A stretch of 64,000 nucleotides of DNA from Desulfatiglandales bacterium (GCA_963666345.1 OY762721.1:3968001-4032000), one strand, 5' to 3'. Numbered from the stretch's first letter, positions 30,019-40,826 are shown. Translations and numbers: made by a program. The notes: generated from the letters alone by a model not told the origin.

Positions 30019-32508
30019 TCATCCTTTGGCCGCATCCAACACTTTTCGGACCGTTTTCGCCAGATCCGCCTTTCCAGTCGGCTTATAGACAATTGCCTTA
30101 ATTCCGATTTCAGATGCCGTTTCATCTGAAATTTTTTTGCTGTATCCCGTGCATAGAATAACCGGAAGATTGGGTCTGAAAGAAATTAATTCCATAGCCA
30201 ACTTGTCCCCGGTCATGTTGGGCATCGTCATGTCGGTAATGACCAGATCGAAATCATCGAATTTAGATCGAAACAGTTCCAGCGCTTCAACGCTGCTGGT
30301 GCAAACCGTTACTCGATAACCCAGGCGTTCCAGAACTTGGCTGCCCATTTTAGCGATAGGCAGTTCATCATCAATGAGCAGAATACGTTCAGTTCCGGAA
30401 GGCAGTTTCTCTTTTTGGTATAGTTGATAATCTTCACGCTTTTTTGTAAGGGGCAGATAAATTGTAAAAACAGTACCCTTGCCTAATGCACTGTCAACGG
30501 TAATTTTGCCACCATAAGTTTCGACGATGCCGTGCACCAACGCAAGCCCCATGCCGGTGCCCTCACCGACGCCCTTGGTGGTAAAATACGGCTCAAAAAT
30601 GGAGCCGATGATATCCGGCGCAATGCCGTGGCCGGTGTCCGATACCTTTATTTCAAGGTAGTTTCCTTGTTTTAAGTTCATGTTTTTCCATTTTTCTCTC
30701 CTATCAACCACCACGTCATTCAAGGTTATCTCAAGAATGCCACCTTCATCTTCCATGGCATGAGAGGCATTGGTGCATAAATTCATCAGTATTTGATGAA
30801 CCTGTGTGGCATTACCCATTATAAAGGAATTGCTCTCAATATTCTGTTTGATTTCAATTGTAGTTGGGATCGACGAGCGAATAAATTGAAACACTTCTTT
30901 GACGATTGTATGAACTTGAATGGGTTTGACCTCTTCATCTGCCTGCCGGGCAAAAGCCAATATCTGTTTGACCAAATTTCTGGCCCTCTTTCCCGCTGTA
31001 TTTACCTCCTGAAGATTGTCTTCCAGCGGTGTTCCTTCTGCCACATCATCAAGGGCTAATTCTGTAAACCCTATTATGGATGATAAGATATTGTTAAAAT
31101 CATGAGCGATACCGCCAGCCAAATTCCCTATGGATTCCATCTTCTGGGCTTGCCTTAACTCCTGTTCCAATTTTTCTTTTTCTTGTCCTGCTCTTTTTTG
31201 ATCCGTGATGTCTTGAATCACACCCAAGACTTTTAACGGTGCACCAGAGTCATCCTTTATGATTTCAGCATTGGATCGAATCGTTCTCATTTTTGAGCCG
31301 GAAACCGGATGAATATCAAACTCAAGATTATATGGTTTGTCTTTTTCAATCAGGTCGATGAGTGCCTGATGGACCCTTTCTCTTTCCGGGATACAATTTT
31401 CTACTTCATCGGTCGTAAATTGTTTGCTGTCTGGATCAAACCCATAGATTTTCTTTGCTTGGTCAGACCCCCAGAATGTTTCGGTGACAAGATCATATTC
31501 CCAGTTTCCTACTTTCCCCATTCGCTGGGCACTTTTATATCGATATTCATTTTTTTTAAGGGCATCTTCAGATTTTTTCCGGAGAATGACCTCTGCTTTA
31601 AGCCGTTTGTTCCAGATCAAAACAAACCCGATTATTAACAAAGCGATCCCAATGACACCCAGAACCCATTTTAATACATAGGTTTTATCTATACCGTATT
31701 CATATCGGATGGAAAGCCACTTATTCCGGATGGCTGCATGTTCCTCCGGTGTCATAGACGCAAGTGTTTTATTAATAATGCTGACTAATTCCGGCCAGTC
31801 GCTGCGTATAGCCATGGCCTGATTATGATTGTCAAATGGTGTTGGAGCGGCTACCTTTACGTTCGTATATCCCTTGGTCTGTATCGTATAAGTGGTCGAC
31901 AAGAGGTTGCCGATGTATGCGTCAACCAACCCTGTGGACAGATCTTTAACCGGTATTTGAGCAAAATTATTCAGACTGGCTGAAACCACTTTCAGCCTGA
32001 TTCCAGGGTAGTTTTGTTTCAACACCTGGTGCATTACATATCCTTCTTCTACAGATACTGTTTTTCCTTTCAAATCGTCTATTGAACACAGAAAATCAGC
32101 ATCTGACCTGGTGAATATAACCCATGGAGCAAAAATATACTCATCAGTAAAAATCATATCTTTTTGGCGCTTTTCAGTGATTTTTGCGGTTGGAACCATG
32201 TCCACAACTTCATGCCGTTTTATATATTCAAGTGCTTCTGGCCAGGTAACTTCAGTATCACTGATATACTTAATTTTAATTCCGTTAGCATCAAATATGT
32301 GTGTCAAATAATCTATGGCAATTCCCTGGACTTTTCCATCGGTCAGCATAAATGGTGGCGAGTTACCTATCCGGACCCGGACAGTATGATTTTCTTTTAT
32401 CCAAGCTTTCTCTTCAGTGCTCAAATCAATTATTGAATCACTTCCAGAACATGGCGAAGTGATAATTAGAAATATAATCCAAATGAGATAAAAGAGTGGA
32501 ATACGCAT
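30019..32508 (-). CDS. Hybrid histidine kinase (SBP family 3 - PAS - HisKA - HATPase - REC)
   Basis: AGGIAHDFNNIL, QILMNLCTNA, FEPYFTTK, GTGMGL, LVITDMTMP. Confidence 0.93.
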   Translation of the reverse strand: MRIPLFYLIWIIFLIITSPCSGSDSIIDLSTEEKAWIKENHTVRVRIGNSPPFMLTDGKVQGIAIDYLTHIFDANGIKIKYISDTEVTWPEALEYIKRHEVVDMVPTAKITEKRQKDMIFTDEYIFAPWVIFTRSDADFLCSIDDLKGKTVSVEEGYVMHQVLKQNYPGIRLKVVSASLNNFAQIPVKDLSTGLVDAYIGNLLSTTYTIQTKGYTNVKVAAPTPFDNHNQAMAIRSDWPELVSIINKTLASMTPEEHAAIRNKWLSIRYEYGIDKTYVLKWVLGVIGIALLIIGFVLIWNKRLKAEVILRKKSEDALKKNEYRYKSAQRMGKVGNWEYDLVTETFWGSDQAKKIYGFDPDSKQFTTDEVENCIPERERVHQALIDLIEKDKPYNLEFDIHPVSGSKMRTIRSNAEIIKDDSGAPLKVLGVIQDITDQKRAGQEKEKLEQELRQAQKMESIGNLAGGIAHDFNNILSSIIGFTELALDDVAEGTPLEDNLQEVNTAGKRARNLVKQILAFARQADEEVKPIQVHTIVKEVFQFIRSSIPTTIEIKQNIESNSFIMGNATQVHQILMNLCTNASHAMEDEGGILEITLNDVVVDRREKWKNMNLKQGNYLEIKVSDTGHGIAPDIIGSIFEPYFTTKGVGEGTGMGLALVHGIVETYGGKITVDSALGKGTVFTIYLPLTKKREDYQLYQKEKLPSGTERILLIDDELPIAKMGSQVLERLGYRVTVCTSSVEALELFRSKFDDFDLVITDMTMPNMTGDKLAMELISFRPNLPVILCTGYSKKISDETASEIGIKAIVYKPTGKADLAKTVRKVLDAAKG

Positions 32509-32722
32509 TGTTTTACATTCCGACTGCTTTTAAGGATGGCATTATTCGGAGTGTTCCGTGAGGTGGCATGTCTTCTTGGTTATTGTTTATTCATTGGGTT
32601 GAATTTACAACTACTTGCATAATCTTTGAATCTCACAAAATTCAGCATTAATGATGTCATCTTATAGCTAATAAATTCCAATATACCCTAAAATTAGGTT
32701 TATGTTAAGTTGAAGATATTGT

Positions 32723-33275
32723 GGTTCTTCTCCAACTTAGTTGTCGAAGAGGGGCCAAGGAGTCAAGGATTCAAGGATTCTTTGCTTCGCTTACGCTTCG
32801 CGCAGTCCCACCCTTCGGCCAGCTCAGGGCGGGTTCCCGGTTTCAAGGGTTTTCTTTCCAGGGATTTGATCATCGCTTTGGACATTGCCCCGACATCCCC
32901 TGTTTTTCTTCTTAATTTTCAAAGCCTTACTCCTTTCAAATAACCCAGGTCAGCTGATGTCATATCCCGGGTTTCCAATTCACAGGCTGAACGATATGCA
33001 ATAAAGAAAAATCGCGCATACTCTATAGCCGTTTTTCTCCCATACCCTCAGGCGGTATCCCTTGACATGAAAACAGCGGATCTTCTGATTCAGGAGGTGA
33101 AACAGTATTGCCCATCTTTAAAAAAATGTTTAGCTCCTTTATACACATGCAAACGAGGTGTAAACAATTTTTGCCGAACGTTTAACTTCCTATGATCTTT
33201 AAACTTTCCACTCGAACCCGCGGCCCCTTGACCCCTCCAATCCTTCATTTAGACCAACTCTTTTGGAGATGATCC
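32723..33275 (-). mobile_element. MITE-like element (553 bp) with four-helix-bundle pseudogene and exact 8-bp TSD
   Basis: TIRs GGTTCTTCTCCAA and TTGGAGATGATCC; GATATTGT at 32715-32722 and 33276-33283. Confidence 0.9.
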
Positions 33276-33415
33276 GATATTGTTAATTATAAATAAGCTT
33301 TGGGGTTGGGATCAATTAACAATAGCGCAATATTACTACTGTACCATTTTTCTTCCACTGCTTTTTGACCAGACCCTCGTATAACCAATGTGTTACATGC
33401 AAAAAGTCAGGGTTT

Positions 33416-33455
33416 TACACATAATTCTGTGCGTGAATGCACATAAAATTGTGCA
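33416..33455. promoter_or_regulatory. Second copy of the tandem palindrome pair
   Basis: TACACATAATTCTGTGCG-TGAA-TGCACATAAAATTGTGCA, near-identical to 26769-26808. Confidence 0.65.
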
Positions 33456-33645
33456 AGATTGAGGGGGGAGTGAAAGATGCGACAAAGGTTGGCACACGGT
33501 GACAACCCCAGTGGTAACCCCTAGGTGCTAGCCAATTTATAAGAATATTAAATAGATAGAAGACTTATATAAAAACTTACAGTTGTAACCGGAATTATTA
33601 AGCAAAAAACCAAAAAAACGCAATTTGAGGTTTATTGATAACGGT

Positions 33646-33728
33646 CCTTATTGAGTCGTGCATCAGATGCTTATCTTTGGCGTATTCAATTTTTGAAGTT
33701 GGTCGGGATTTTGTGGATAAAATAATTA
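33646..33728. repeat. 83-bp direct repeat, copy 2
   Basis: Matches 29927-30009. Confidence 0.85.
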
Positions 33729-33945
33729 TCCTTGAGTGCCTGCCTAACAGGGCTGATGTTGATTGAAAAAAATGTTGTAATTGAATCAACGGCCTTTTCG
33801 GTGGCTCATAAATACCTCTTACATATTACAACTTTCACTTAGTCTGCTATCTTCAGGAGATACCTTCACTTCAAAAACAATAGTACTATCTGCGTTTACC
33901 TGACTCTAGCTAAAGATCGGTATCACTTCTGGTGGCAGACCATTG

Positions 33946-34377
33946 CTATTTATTGTCGCTGGTTCCTGCTTTTCTCAGGTAACTGCAAAGGGACAGTAAA
34001 ATATTTTTCTGCATGCCCGGGACCGTTTCAAGCAAATGGTCAAACGAATTTCTGTCCACAACCAATACAGTCATATCAGTTTCAGCTATAACGGATGCTG
34101 CTCGAGGCTTTCTATCGATAAGGGATATTTCTCCGAAAAATTCGCCTTCAGAAAGATAGTTTATGATTTTTCCGTCCTTCTCAACCCAGGCTTTACCCTC
34201 CACGATGAAGGTGAAGTCCGACCCTTTTGTTCCCTGACGTGCCAGGAGTTCTCCTTTTCGAATCGAAGTCTCAACCGCATGCTTAGCAATTTGATTCAGA
34301 TGATCTTTGTTGAGTTTACTGAAAAGAGGCACTTTTCTTAAAATATCAATATCCTGTGAACGATGTCTGAATAACAT
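33946..34377 (-). CDS. Stand-alone cyclic nucleotide-binding protein
   Basis: LRKVPLFSKL, GEFFGEISLID..PRAASV. Confidence 0.9.
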   Translation of the reverse strand: MLFRHRSQDIDILRKVPLFSKLNKDHLNQIAKHAVETSIRKGELLARQGTKGSDFTFIVEGKAWVEKDGKIINYLSEGEFFGEISLIDRKPRAASVIAETDMTVLVVDRNSFDHLLETVPGMQKNILLSLCSYLRKAGTSDNK

Positions 34378-34532
34378 TCCGTCCCCTCCTTAATGAACTC
34401 ATTTTTTCCAAAGGTTACATCATCAGAACGATTATAAGGCCCCAACAGAACAGATACATTCCAGCGGGTGATAAAAAGGCACATTCAAAAACAAGGAAAT
34501 CGAAAGAATTTCGGCCTCATAAAAGTCAACAT

Positions 34533-36296
34533 TCACTTTTTATCCGGGCACTCATAAAACAACTGGTGAGGGCAGAGTCTTTTGCAGTAATCGTGAAAAA
34601 GCGACTGAAAGAGCACAGTAATCGCTTCCCCCCTTTTTTCAATAAAAAGGTTTGGCTCCAGTTCATCCATGAAACCCGAACTGACGAACACCTTTTTTAC
34701 GGGCGAATTCACCCCCATCAAGGCAAGACGAATACCGCGCGTCTTAAGTTCTTCATGCAGCGCCCTGAGTTCGACTACCCCAGTGACATCGATAAATCCC
34801 ACTGCCTGAAAATCCAGCAGCAGGAATTTAATCGGCGTTTTATATTCATCCAGGCGCTTCAGGATATTGTCCATCGTATATTCAGCATTGGCAAAATAGA
34901 TGGCGTTGTCGGGGCGCAATTGCAGCAACTGCGGGCAACTGGGCTTTTTCAAATCATCGGCATTGATGAACATATTGAACTCGGGGTCCTTTGAAACGCG
35001 CACAATACGGGGGCGCATCGTCTTCCACAGGAATAGCATCAGTGATATCATCACCCCTATAAGAAGTGCATAGTCGGGCTTGGTCAAAAGTGCCAGTACA
35101 AACACGGTGACCGCCACAATGCCATCATTGCGATTCATTTTCCATAGCGCAAAAACTTCTTTGGGGTGAAATAGAAGAAGCACTGCACTGATCACCAAGG
35201 CGGCCAGTGCCGCCCTCGGTATATATGTTAAAAGCGGGGTCAGAAACAGCAAGGTTACAATCACACTAAGGCTGGAGACAACGCTGGAGACACCCGTTTT
35301 CGCACCTGACGATAAATTGATAGCTGTCCGGGAAAATGATCCGCTCACTGGATAGCACTGGAAAAACGATCCGATAATATTCGCCATACCCTGACCGATA
35401 AATTCCTGGTCAACATCCACTTTTTGCTTGGTTTCAGATGATACGACCTTGCCCACGGAATATGTTTCCGCAAAGCTGACCAGCGCAATAACCACTGCAG
35501 GCCCCAACAGAGCACTAATGGTGTCGAAATTAAACAGGGGCAAATGGGGGCTTGGCAGGCCGCTGGCAGTCTTGCCGACAATGGCAATGCCGCTCTGATC
35601 CAACCTGAAAAGGAAAACCGCGCCGGTCGTAAAGATCAAGGAAACCAGAGCTGCCGGGAAATTGGGACGGGCTCTTTTTATACCGTAAATTATGCCAAAT
35701 GCGGCAAGACCAACCATGGAAGTCTGAATGTGCAGAGAAGACAGGCTTTTTATAATTTCAAACAACTGATGGAAAACGTATTCATGTCTCGACACGCTGA
35801 GGCCCAGAAGGTGCGGCAACTGCGTTGAGATGATAATCAGGGCTGCAGCCGCCGTAAACCCCCTCACCGCCGAGTGGGAGATAAAGGCCATGCCGATGCC
35901 CAAGCGAAATACCCCGATGATCATATAAATAACGCCGACCATAAAGGCCAGCAGGAAAGACAGTTCGACAAATTGCGGACCACCGGGTTCAGCCATGGGT
36001 GTCAGTGTAGTCAGAACTAGAAGGCTCATGATGGCTATGGGGCCAGTGGCAAGCTGTCGAAGGCTGCCCCAAAGGACTCCAATTAAAGGCGTGACTGCTG
36101 CTGCATAGAGGCCGTAAACAGGTGGCATTCCAGCCAGCATCGCATAAGCCATCGCCTGAGGGATTAGCACAACCGCTACCGTAATGCCTGCTATCAGGTC
36201 GCTTCTTAGAAAGGACATCTGGTATCCCTTCAGCCATTCCAGGAAAGGAAAAATACGATAAACCAACCTGAGATATTGATTTTCATTATATTTCAT
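34533..36296 (-). CDS. SulP family anion transporter with STAS domain
   Basis: PQAMAYAMLAG, YGLY, GSFSRTAIN, AIYFANA, FIDVTGV; start set at ATG 36296. Confidence 0.93.
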   Translation of the reverse strand: MKYNENQYLRLVYRIFPFLEWLKGYQMSFLRSDLIAGITVAVVLIPQAMAYAMLAGMPPVYGLYAAAVTPLIGVLWGSLRQLATGPIAIMSLLVLTTLTPMAEPGGPQFVELSFLLAFMVGVIYMIIGVFRLGIGMAFISHSAVRGFTAAAALIIISTQLPHLLGLSVSRHEYVFHQLFEIIKSLSSLHIQTSMVGLAAFGIIYGIKRARPNFPAALVSLIFTTGAVFLFRLDQSGIAIVGKTASGLPSPHLPLFNFDTISALLGPAVVIALVSFAETYSVGKVVSSETKQKVDVDQEFIGQGMANIIGSFFQCYPVSGSFSRTAINLSSGAKTGVSSVVSSLSVIVTLLFLTPLLTYIPRAALAALVISAVLLLFHPKEVFALWKMNRNDGIVAVTVFVLALLTKPDYALLIGVMISLMLFLWKTMRPRIVRVSKDPEFNMFINADDLKKPSCPQLLQLRPDNAIYFANAEYTMDNILKRLDEYKTPIKFLLLDFQAVGFIDVTGVVELRALHEELKTRGIRLALMGVNSPVKKVFVSSGFMDELEPNLFIEKRGEAITVLFQSLFHDYCKRLCPHQLFYECPDKK

Positions 36297-36857
36297 GGCT
36301 TTTATCCCTCTTGCAAATATTCTTTTTGGTGCAAAATAAATTTTATGGATAATTTTATATTGCAAATGAACAATAGCCGTATTTGTTTGCGTAAAATATC
36401 ATCATTATGGGCATATCATATTGTCTTCCAGGTCTATACGGCCTGCTGACCAATCTTGCCCATATGTAATCTAGCACAAAATAAGCTCCTCTCGACAGCA
36501 TAAAAGCCGCAAAATGCCATAGAACAGACTATATTATTGATAAGGTAGGCGGTTTTCTGATATTTGCCATGTGCCCAAAAAGCATCAATGCCTTTTGTGG
36601 TCAACTGATCATATCACAGATATTCACAGACGTTATATTCCCCGCATTTAACAGCTTTTTCCTTTTCTTATGAGAGCACTTTCATATCACAGAGTTGGCT
36701 ATGGCTGTAATATGCGGCAGTTACCCCATTTTCCCGTCAATGGGCACAAAATAAGGTCGTTCCTCTTGTGATTACATTCGGTATTGTTGTGAAGTAAAGT
36801 GGTTTAATAATAACGGACACCATGCTAAGAACAATTATAGAGAAAGCGAGGTGTTCA

Positions 36858-37160
36858 ATGAACGAGAAACGAAAGCGCCCGAATTACACAAAAGAGTTCA
36901 AGCAAGATGCTGTGGGGCTTGTCATTGACCAGGGTTACAGCGGCCCCGAAGCTGCCAGACGTCTTGGTATCCCCATTTCTAACGTTACTCGCTGGGTGCG
37001 GCAATACCGCCAAGACCAGCAGAATCTTACTGAGGGTGGTATCACCCGCAAGGAGCTGGAAGCCGAAAACCGTCGGCTCAAGAAGGAAAACAAGCGGCTT
37101 GAGATGGAGCGAGAGATATTAAAAAAAGCCGCGGCCTTCTTTGCGAAAGAGTCGAGCTGA
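36858..37160 (+). CDS. IS3 transposase OrfA (HTH)
   Basis: YTKEFKQDAV...AARRLGI...EREILKKAAAFFAKE. Confidence 0.9.
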   Translation: MNEKRKRPNYTKEFKQDAVGLVIDQGYSGPEAARRLGIPISNVTRWVRQYRQDQQNLTEGGITRKELEAENRRLKKENKRLEMEREILKKAAAFFAKESS

Positions 37161-38023
37161 GGTGCGACTTTATCCGGCAAGAGAAGAAGGCCTATCCCGT
37201 CACTGTTTTATGCAAGGTGATGGAAGTCAGCCGGAGCCGCTTTTATGATTATCTCCATAGCATAAGAAGATCTGAAGATACTGATGAGACGGCATTAAAG
37301 GCCAGGATTGGGGCCATTTTCAAAGAACATCGCAGCAGATAAGGTTCCCGTCGCGTTACCGGACAGTTACAGGATGAAGGCCATCAGATTGGCCGATATA
37401 AGACGCGACGTTTAATGCGAGAACTTAACCTGAAGGCCAAAGCCCGGAAACGATATAAGCTCACGACAGATAGCCGGCACTCGTTTCCAGTAGCTGTCAA
37501 CCTTTTGGACCGTGAATTTAACGTAGATAAACCGAATAAATGCTGGACCGCGGACATTACCTATATCTGGACCTATGAAGGCTGGCTGTACCTGGCCGTG
37601 GTACTTGATCTTTGTTCCCGCCAGGTGGTTGGCTGGGCCATGAACAAGCGGATGGAAAAACAACTGTGCCTGGATGCCCTGGCAATGGCATATTGGCGCA
37701 GAAAACCTCCATCGGGGCTGCTTCATCATTCGGATCGAGGAAGCCAGTATGCATGCCATGATTACCGAAAACGTATAGAACACTATGGCATGGTAGCCAG
37801 TATGAGCCGGAAAGGCAACTGCTGGGATAATGCACCGATCGAAAGGTTTTTCCGAAGCCTGAAATCAGAACGATTATCAGATTACAGGTTCGTTACGAGG
37901 CATTCGGCACGGATGCAAGTGCTTGATTACATCAGCTACTACAATTCCATTCGGCTGCATTCAACGCTGGGGTCTAAGACTCCGTTCGCATATGAGAAAG
38001 AACTGTGCCGCGTGGCGGCTTAA
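37121..38023 (+). pseudogene. IS3 transposase OrfB (DDE) with premature stop
   Basis: WTADITY, HHSDRGSQY, NCWDNAPIERFF; in-frame TAA at 37340-37342 where Tyr of YGSRR is expected. Confidence 0.85.
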
Positions 38024-38079
38024 TAAAAAATGTCCGTTTTTACTGGACCACCACACTCTGGCTTTTAGCCTTTGAAATC

Positions 38080-38895
38080 CTATCTCTTCTTCACTGGCCT
38101 TTTCGTTATTTCCCTATAGAGCAGAGGACGCCTGTTTTTAAAAATAGGCTCTTCTCTTCTCCACCTTTCAACCTCTTCTAAATCAATATCTACTCTTAAA
38201 ATCTCCTCTTTCTTTCCGGCTGATATTATCCTTTCCCCACGTGGATTAAAGATGGCACTGTTGCCTGAAAAAGCCTTACCTGCCCGGTTTGCATAAATTA
38301 CGAAAACCTGATTATTTATGGCTGCCCCTGCCATTCTAAGCCACATATATTCGATAGGAAATTGACCTGGTACAGCAGAAATGTTGACAATAACTTTTGG
38401 CCCTTGCAAATATAGCACCCTCCATACCTCTGGAAAAGCGGCATCAAAGCAGATATTTATGCCTATTTTTCCCCAGGAAGATTTAAAGACCCTCAACCTA
38501 CGGCCAGGAACAAAATTTTCCGTCCAATGGACATGGCACTTTGTATAACTCTGTATTTTAGAACCTTCGATGTAGGTCGCAAGATTATAATACTTATCCG
38601 CTCTGCGCTTTAGTTCCCCTATAATAACCTTGGCACCCTTCTGCCTTATAAAGGCATAAATATTTTGAGAAATGGAACTGTAGATGACCTTCATCTTCCT
38701 ATAAAGAAAGCCTTCCGGTTTTTCAAAGGAAGGGTGTCCGTGAAGTATCAACTCTGGAAAAACTATCAAATCATAGTTTTTATGATCGTCGATAATTCCT
38801 TTTATCCTTTGGACATGATCTTCGATATTGGAGGAATTATAGTTTATCTGGGCGACACATATTCTCTTTATTCGTTTACGCCTGGAATGTTTCAT
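38080..38895 (-). CDS. Carbon-nitrogen hydrolase (nitrilase superfamily)
   Basis: E-K-C triad: VFPEL, YTKCH, ICFD. Confidence 0.9.
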   Translation of the reverse strand: MKHSRRKRIKRICVAQINYNSSNIEDHVQRIKGIIDDHKNYDLIVFPELILHGHPSFEKPEGFLYRKMKVIYSSISQNIYAFIRQKGAKVIIGELKRRADKYYNLATYIEGSKIQSYTKCHVHWTENFVPGRRLRVFKSSWGKIGINICFDAAFPEVWRVLYLQGPKVIVNISAVPGQFPIEYMWLRMAGAAINNQVFVIYANRAGKAFSGNSAIFNPRGERIISAGKKEEILRVDIDLEEVERWRREEPIFKNRRPLLYREITKRPVKKR

Positions 38896-39038
38896 TTTCT
38901 GAAAAGCTTTTTTTGATTGATGTATGCCCCATTACGAAACAATTATAAAAAACTGGATCAGGAATCCCAGTTAGAAAATCTTATATTTAGCAGAACATAG
39001 ATTAGGTTGGGATAAATCCTTCAGCAAGCGTGATGAAT

Positions 39039-40667
39039 CTAGCCAGTTACGAGATAGGAGGGAATAAAGCTATTTTTTATCTCCTTCTCTAAACTCTGTA
39101 GATAGGAGCGTGGTTCCTCTTCCCCGTAATCCCCAAGACCGTAACGGTAAAGACTTCCCTTGTCCCTCTTTATATTTTCATTCACCAGATTAGAGTCTAT
39201 CTCCTCTTTTTTGGATTGGGCAATTTCTGCAATCATCTGATGAATCCCTGAGCCTGACTGGGCGGGGTCTTTTTTTCGAAATGCAAGATACGCAGGGACT
39301 CCAAGCTCGACCGAAGCTTGACGGTGTACACGCTTCCTTAATTTATCACCTGGCCCTTCAATCTTTAAGCGCGGGGAAATCTTCATGGCAGTTTGAACAA
39401 CCTCTATGTCAAGATATGGAGCCCTCAACTCGATAGAGTGGGCCATTGTAAGCTTATCTTCTCTTTCCAAGGTATCAGTATATAAATAGTTTAGGTCCTC
39501 CCAGAGTTTATCATGAAGACGCAGATAGCCGGATTCTTCAAGGACATCGTTATACCAAGGGTATCCGGCAAAAAGTTCATCAGCCGCTTGGCCTGTGAAC
39601 ATAACTCGCAGACCATCCTTTGCAGCTAGCTTGGCAGCAAGGTACATTGGGATGGCTACTTCTACCTGTAACAGGCCACTTTCTTCGACATCTCTTATTA
39701 CCTCTGGCAGAAGGTTATCAACCATTTTCTTGTCAATCACAGTGATTTTTAATTCCAAACCTAATTCCTTTGCTACGGATCGTGATGCCTTGACATCACC
39801 TGAATCGGAAGTGCCGGTGCAGTAGCAAATTACGTCTTTCCCCTCTCTCTGCAGAAGTTTGGTTACTAATACCGAATCAATACCACCTGAGAAAATAACT
39901 CCAATGCTAGGCTCGGTCAGGCCTGTAAGCCTCTTTCTGACGGATTGAATAAGAACTTCCTTGTAAAGCTCAACAGCTTCCCTGAAATCAATGATATCAA
40001 TCTGGGGTAACTGGATATGAAATCCATCGCAGATATTTACTCCTTTATCGTCTATGCTGAGAAGTTCGCCAGGTCGCACCCGTTTGGGTTCGTCTTTGCC
40101 GTTCCATAAGGCCTTTTTTTCAGAAGCGAAATATATGGTTTTTTCATTTTCAATGAAATATAAAGGCTTTTTGCCTATCGGGTCCCGTGCAACCACAATG
40201 GATTTTCCATCCGTAGCTGCAATTGTGTACATGCCATCTAGTAATCTTATTACTTTCTTCATTGCATCTAGAAGATCGCCTCTGTAGGTCTCTTCTAGAA
40301 GATGTACTATCACCTCGCTGTCACTGGTACTTTTAAAATCATGGTGCTTAAGCAAAAGAGATTTTAGTTTTTTGTAATTATAAATTTCACCGTTATGAAT
40401 GATGGTTAATGTTCCGTCACAGGATGTGTATGGCTGACCTGCTCTACCGTCCCCTATTATCTTTAATCTTGAATGACCCATTGCAATCTTGGTCTTCTTT
40501 CCGACAAGCCCCTTAACCTCCTCAAGTTCCATCACTTTGAAAGTTACTCCATCAAGGTAAACCCCATGTCCATCAGGCCCTCTATGGGCCATCTTCTTTA
40601 GCATATCAAATATATCGTTTGAGACTATTTTATCTTTCATGTCAAAATGACCGCATATAGTACACAT
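39039..40667 (-). CDS. asnB: Asparagine synthetase B-like glutamine amidotransferase
   Basis: N-terminal Cys2, HRGPD, HNGEIYNY, SDSEV, FSGGIDS, GQAADELFAGY, ELRAPYLD. Confidence 0.85.
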   Translation of the reverse strand: MCTICGHFDMKDKIVSNDIFDMLKKMAHRGPDGHGVYLDGVTFKVMELEEVKGLVGKKTKIAMGHSRLKIIGDGRAGQPYTSCDGTLTIIHNGEIYNYKKLKSLLLKHHDFKSTSDSEVIVHLLEETYRGDLLDAMKKVIRLLDGMYTIAATDGKSIVVARDPIGKKPLYFIENEKTIYFASEKKALWNGKDEPKRVRPGELLSIDDKGVNICDGFHIQLPQIDIIDFREAVELYKEVLIQSVRKRLTGLTEPSIGVIFSGGIDSVLVTKLLQREGKDVICYCTGTSDSGDVKASRSVAKELGLELKITVIDKKMVDNLLPEVIRDVEESGLLQVEVAIPMYLAAKLAAKDGLRVMFTGQAADELFAGYPWYNDVLEESGYLRLHDKLWEDLNYLYTDTLEREDKLTMAHSIELRAPYLDIEVVQTAMKISPRLKIEGPGDKLRKRVHRQASVELGVPAYLAFRKKDPAQSGSGIHQMIAEIAQSKKEEIDSNLVNENIKRDKGSLYRYGLGDYGEEEPRSYLQSLEKEIKNSFIPSYLVTG

Positions 40668-40826
40668 TGATTATCTTCTCCTTACTGTGTATTCCGTTAT
40701 TTGCTTTTTTAAAAAATTATCCACAAAAGCAAGAGTTGTTTTCCTTTTCACTCAACAATTTTAGAATTTACTTTATTATTCATTATGTCGGTTCGATCAG
40801 CCCTGGACGATCTCATGTTTCCTTTA

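Larger units (their letters stand above)
36795..38055 (+). mobile_element. IS3-family insertion sequence, probably inactive
   Basis: Imperfect terminal IRs ending AACGGACA / TGTCCGTT; orfA-orfB layout; A7G frameshift motif at 37121-37128. Confidence 0.9.

Noticed and set aside
27344..33275. Composite transposon
   Set aside because: No transposase; the outer flanks differ and the right copy has its own TSD.
39039..40667. Lasso-peptide cyclase
   Set aside because: The glutaminase Cys2 is intact and there is no B protein or precursor nearby.
33712..40725. Replication origin from DnaA boxes at 33712-33720 and 40717-40725
   Set aside because: Isolated single boxes 7 kb apart with no dnaA or rep context.
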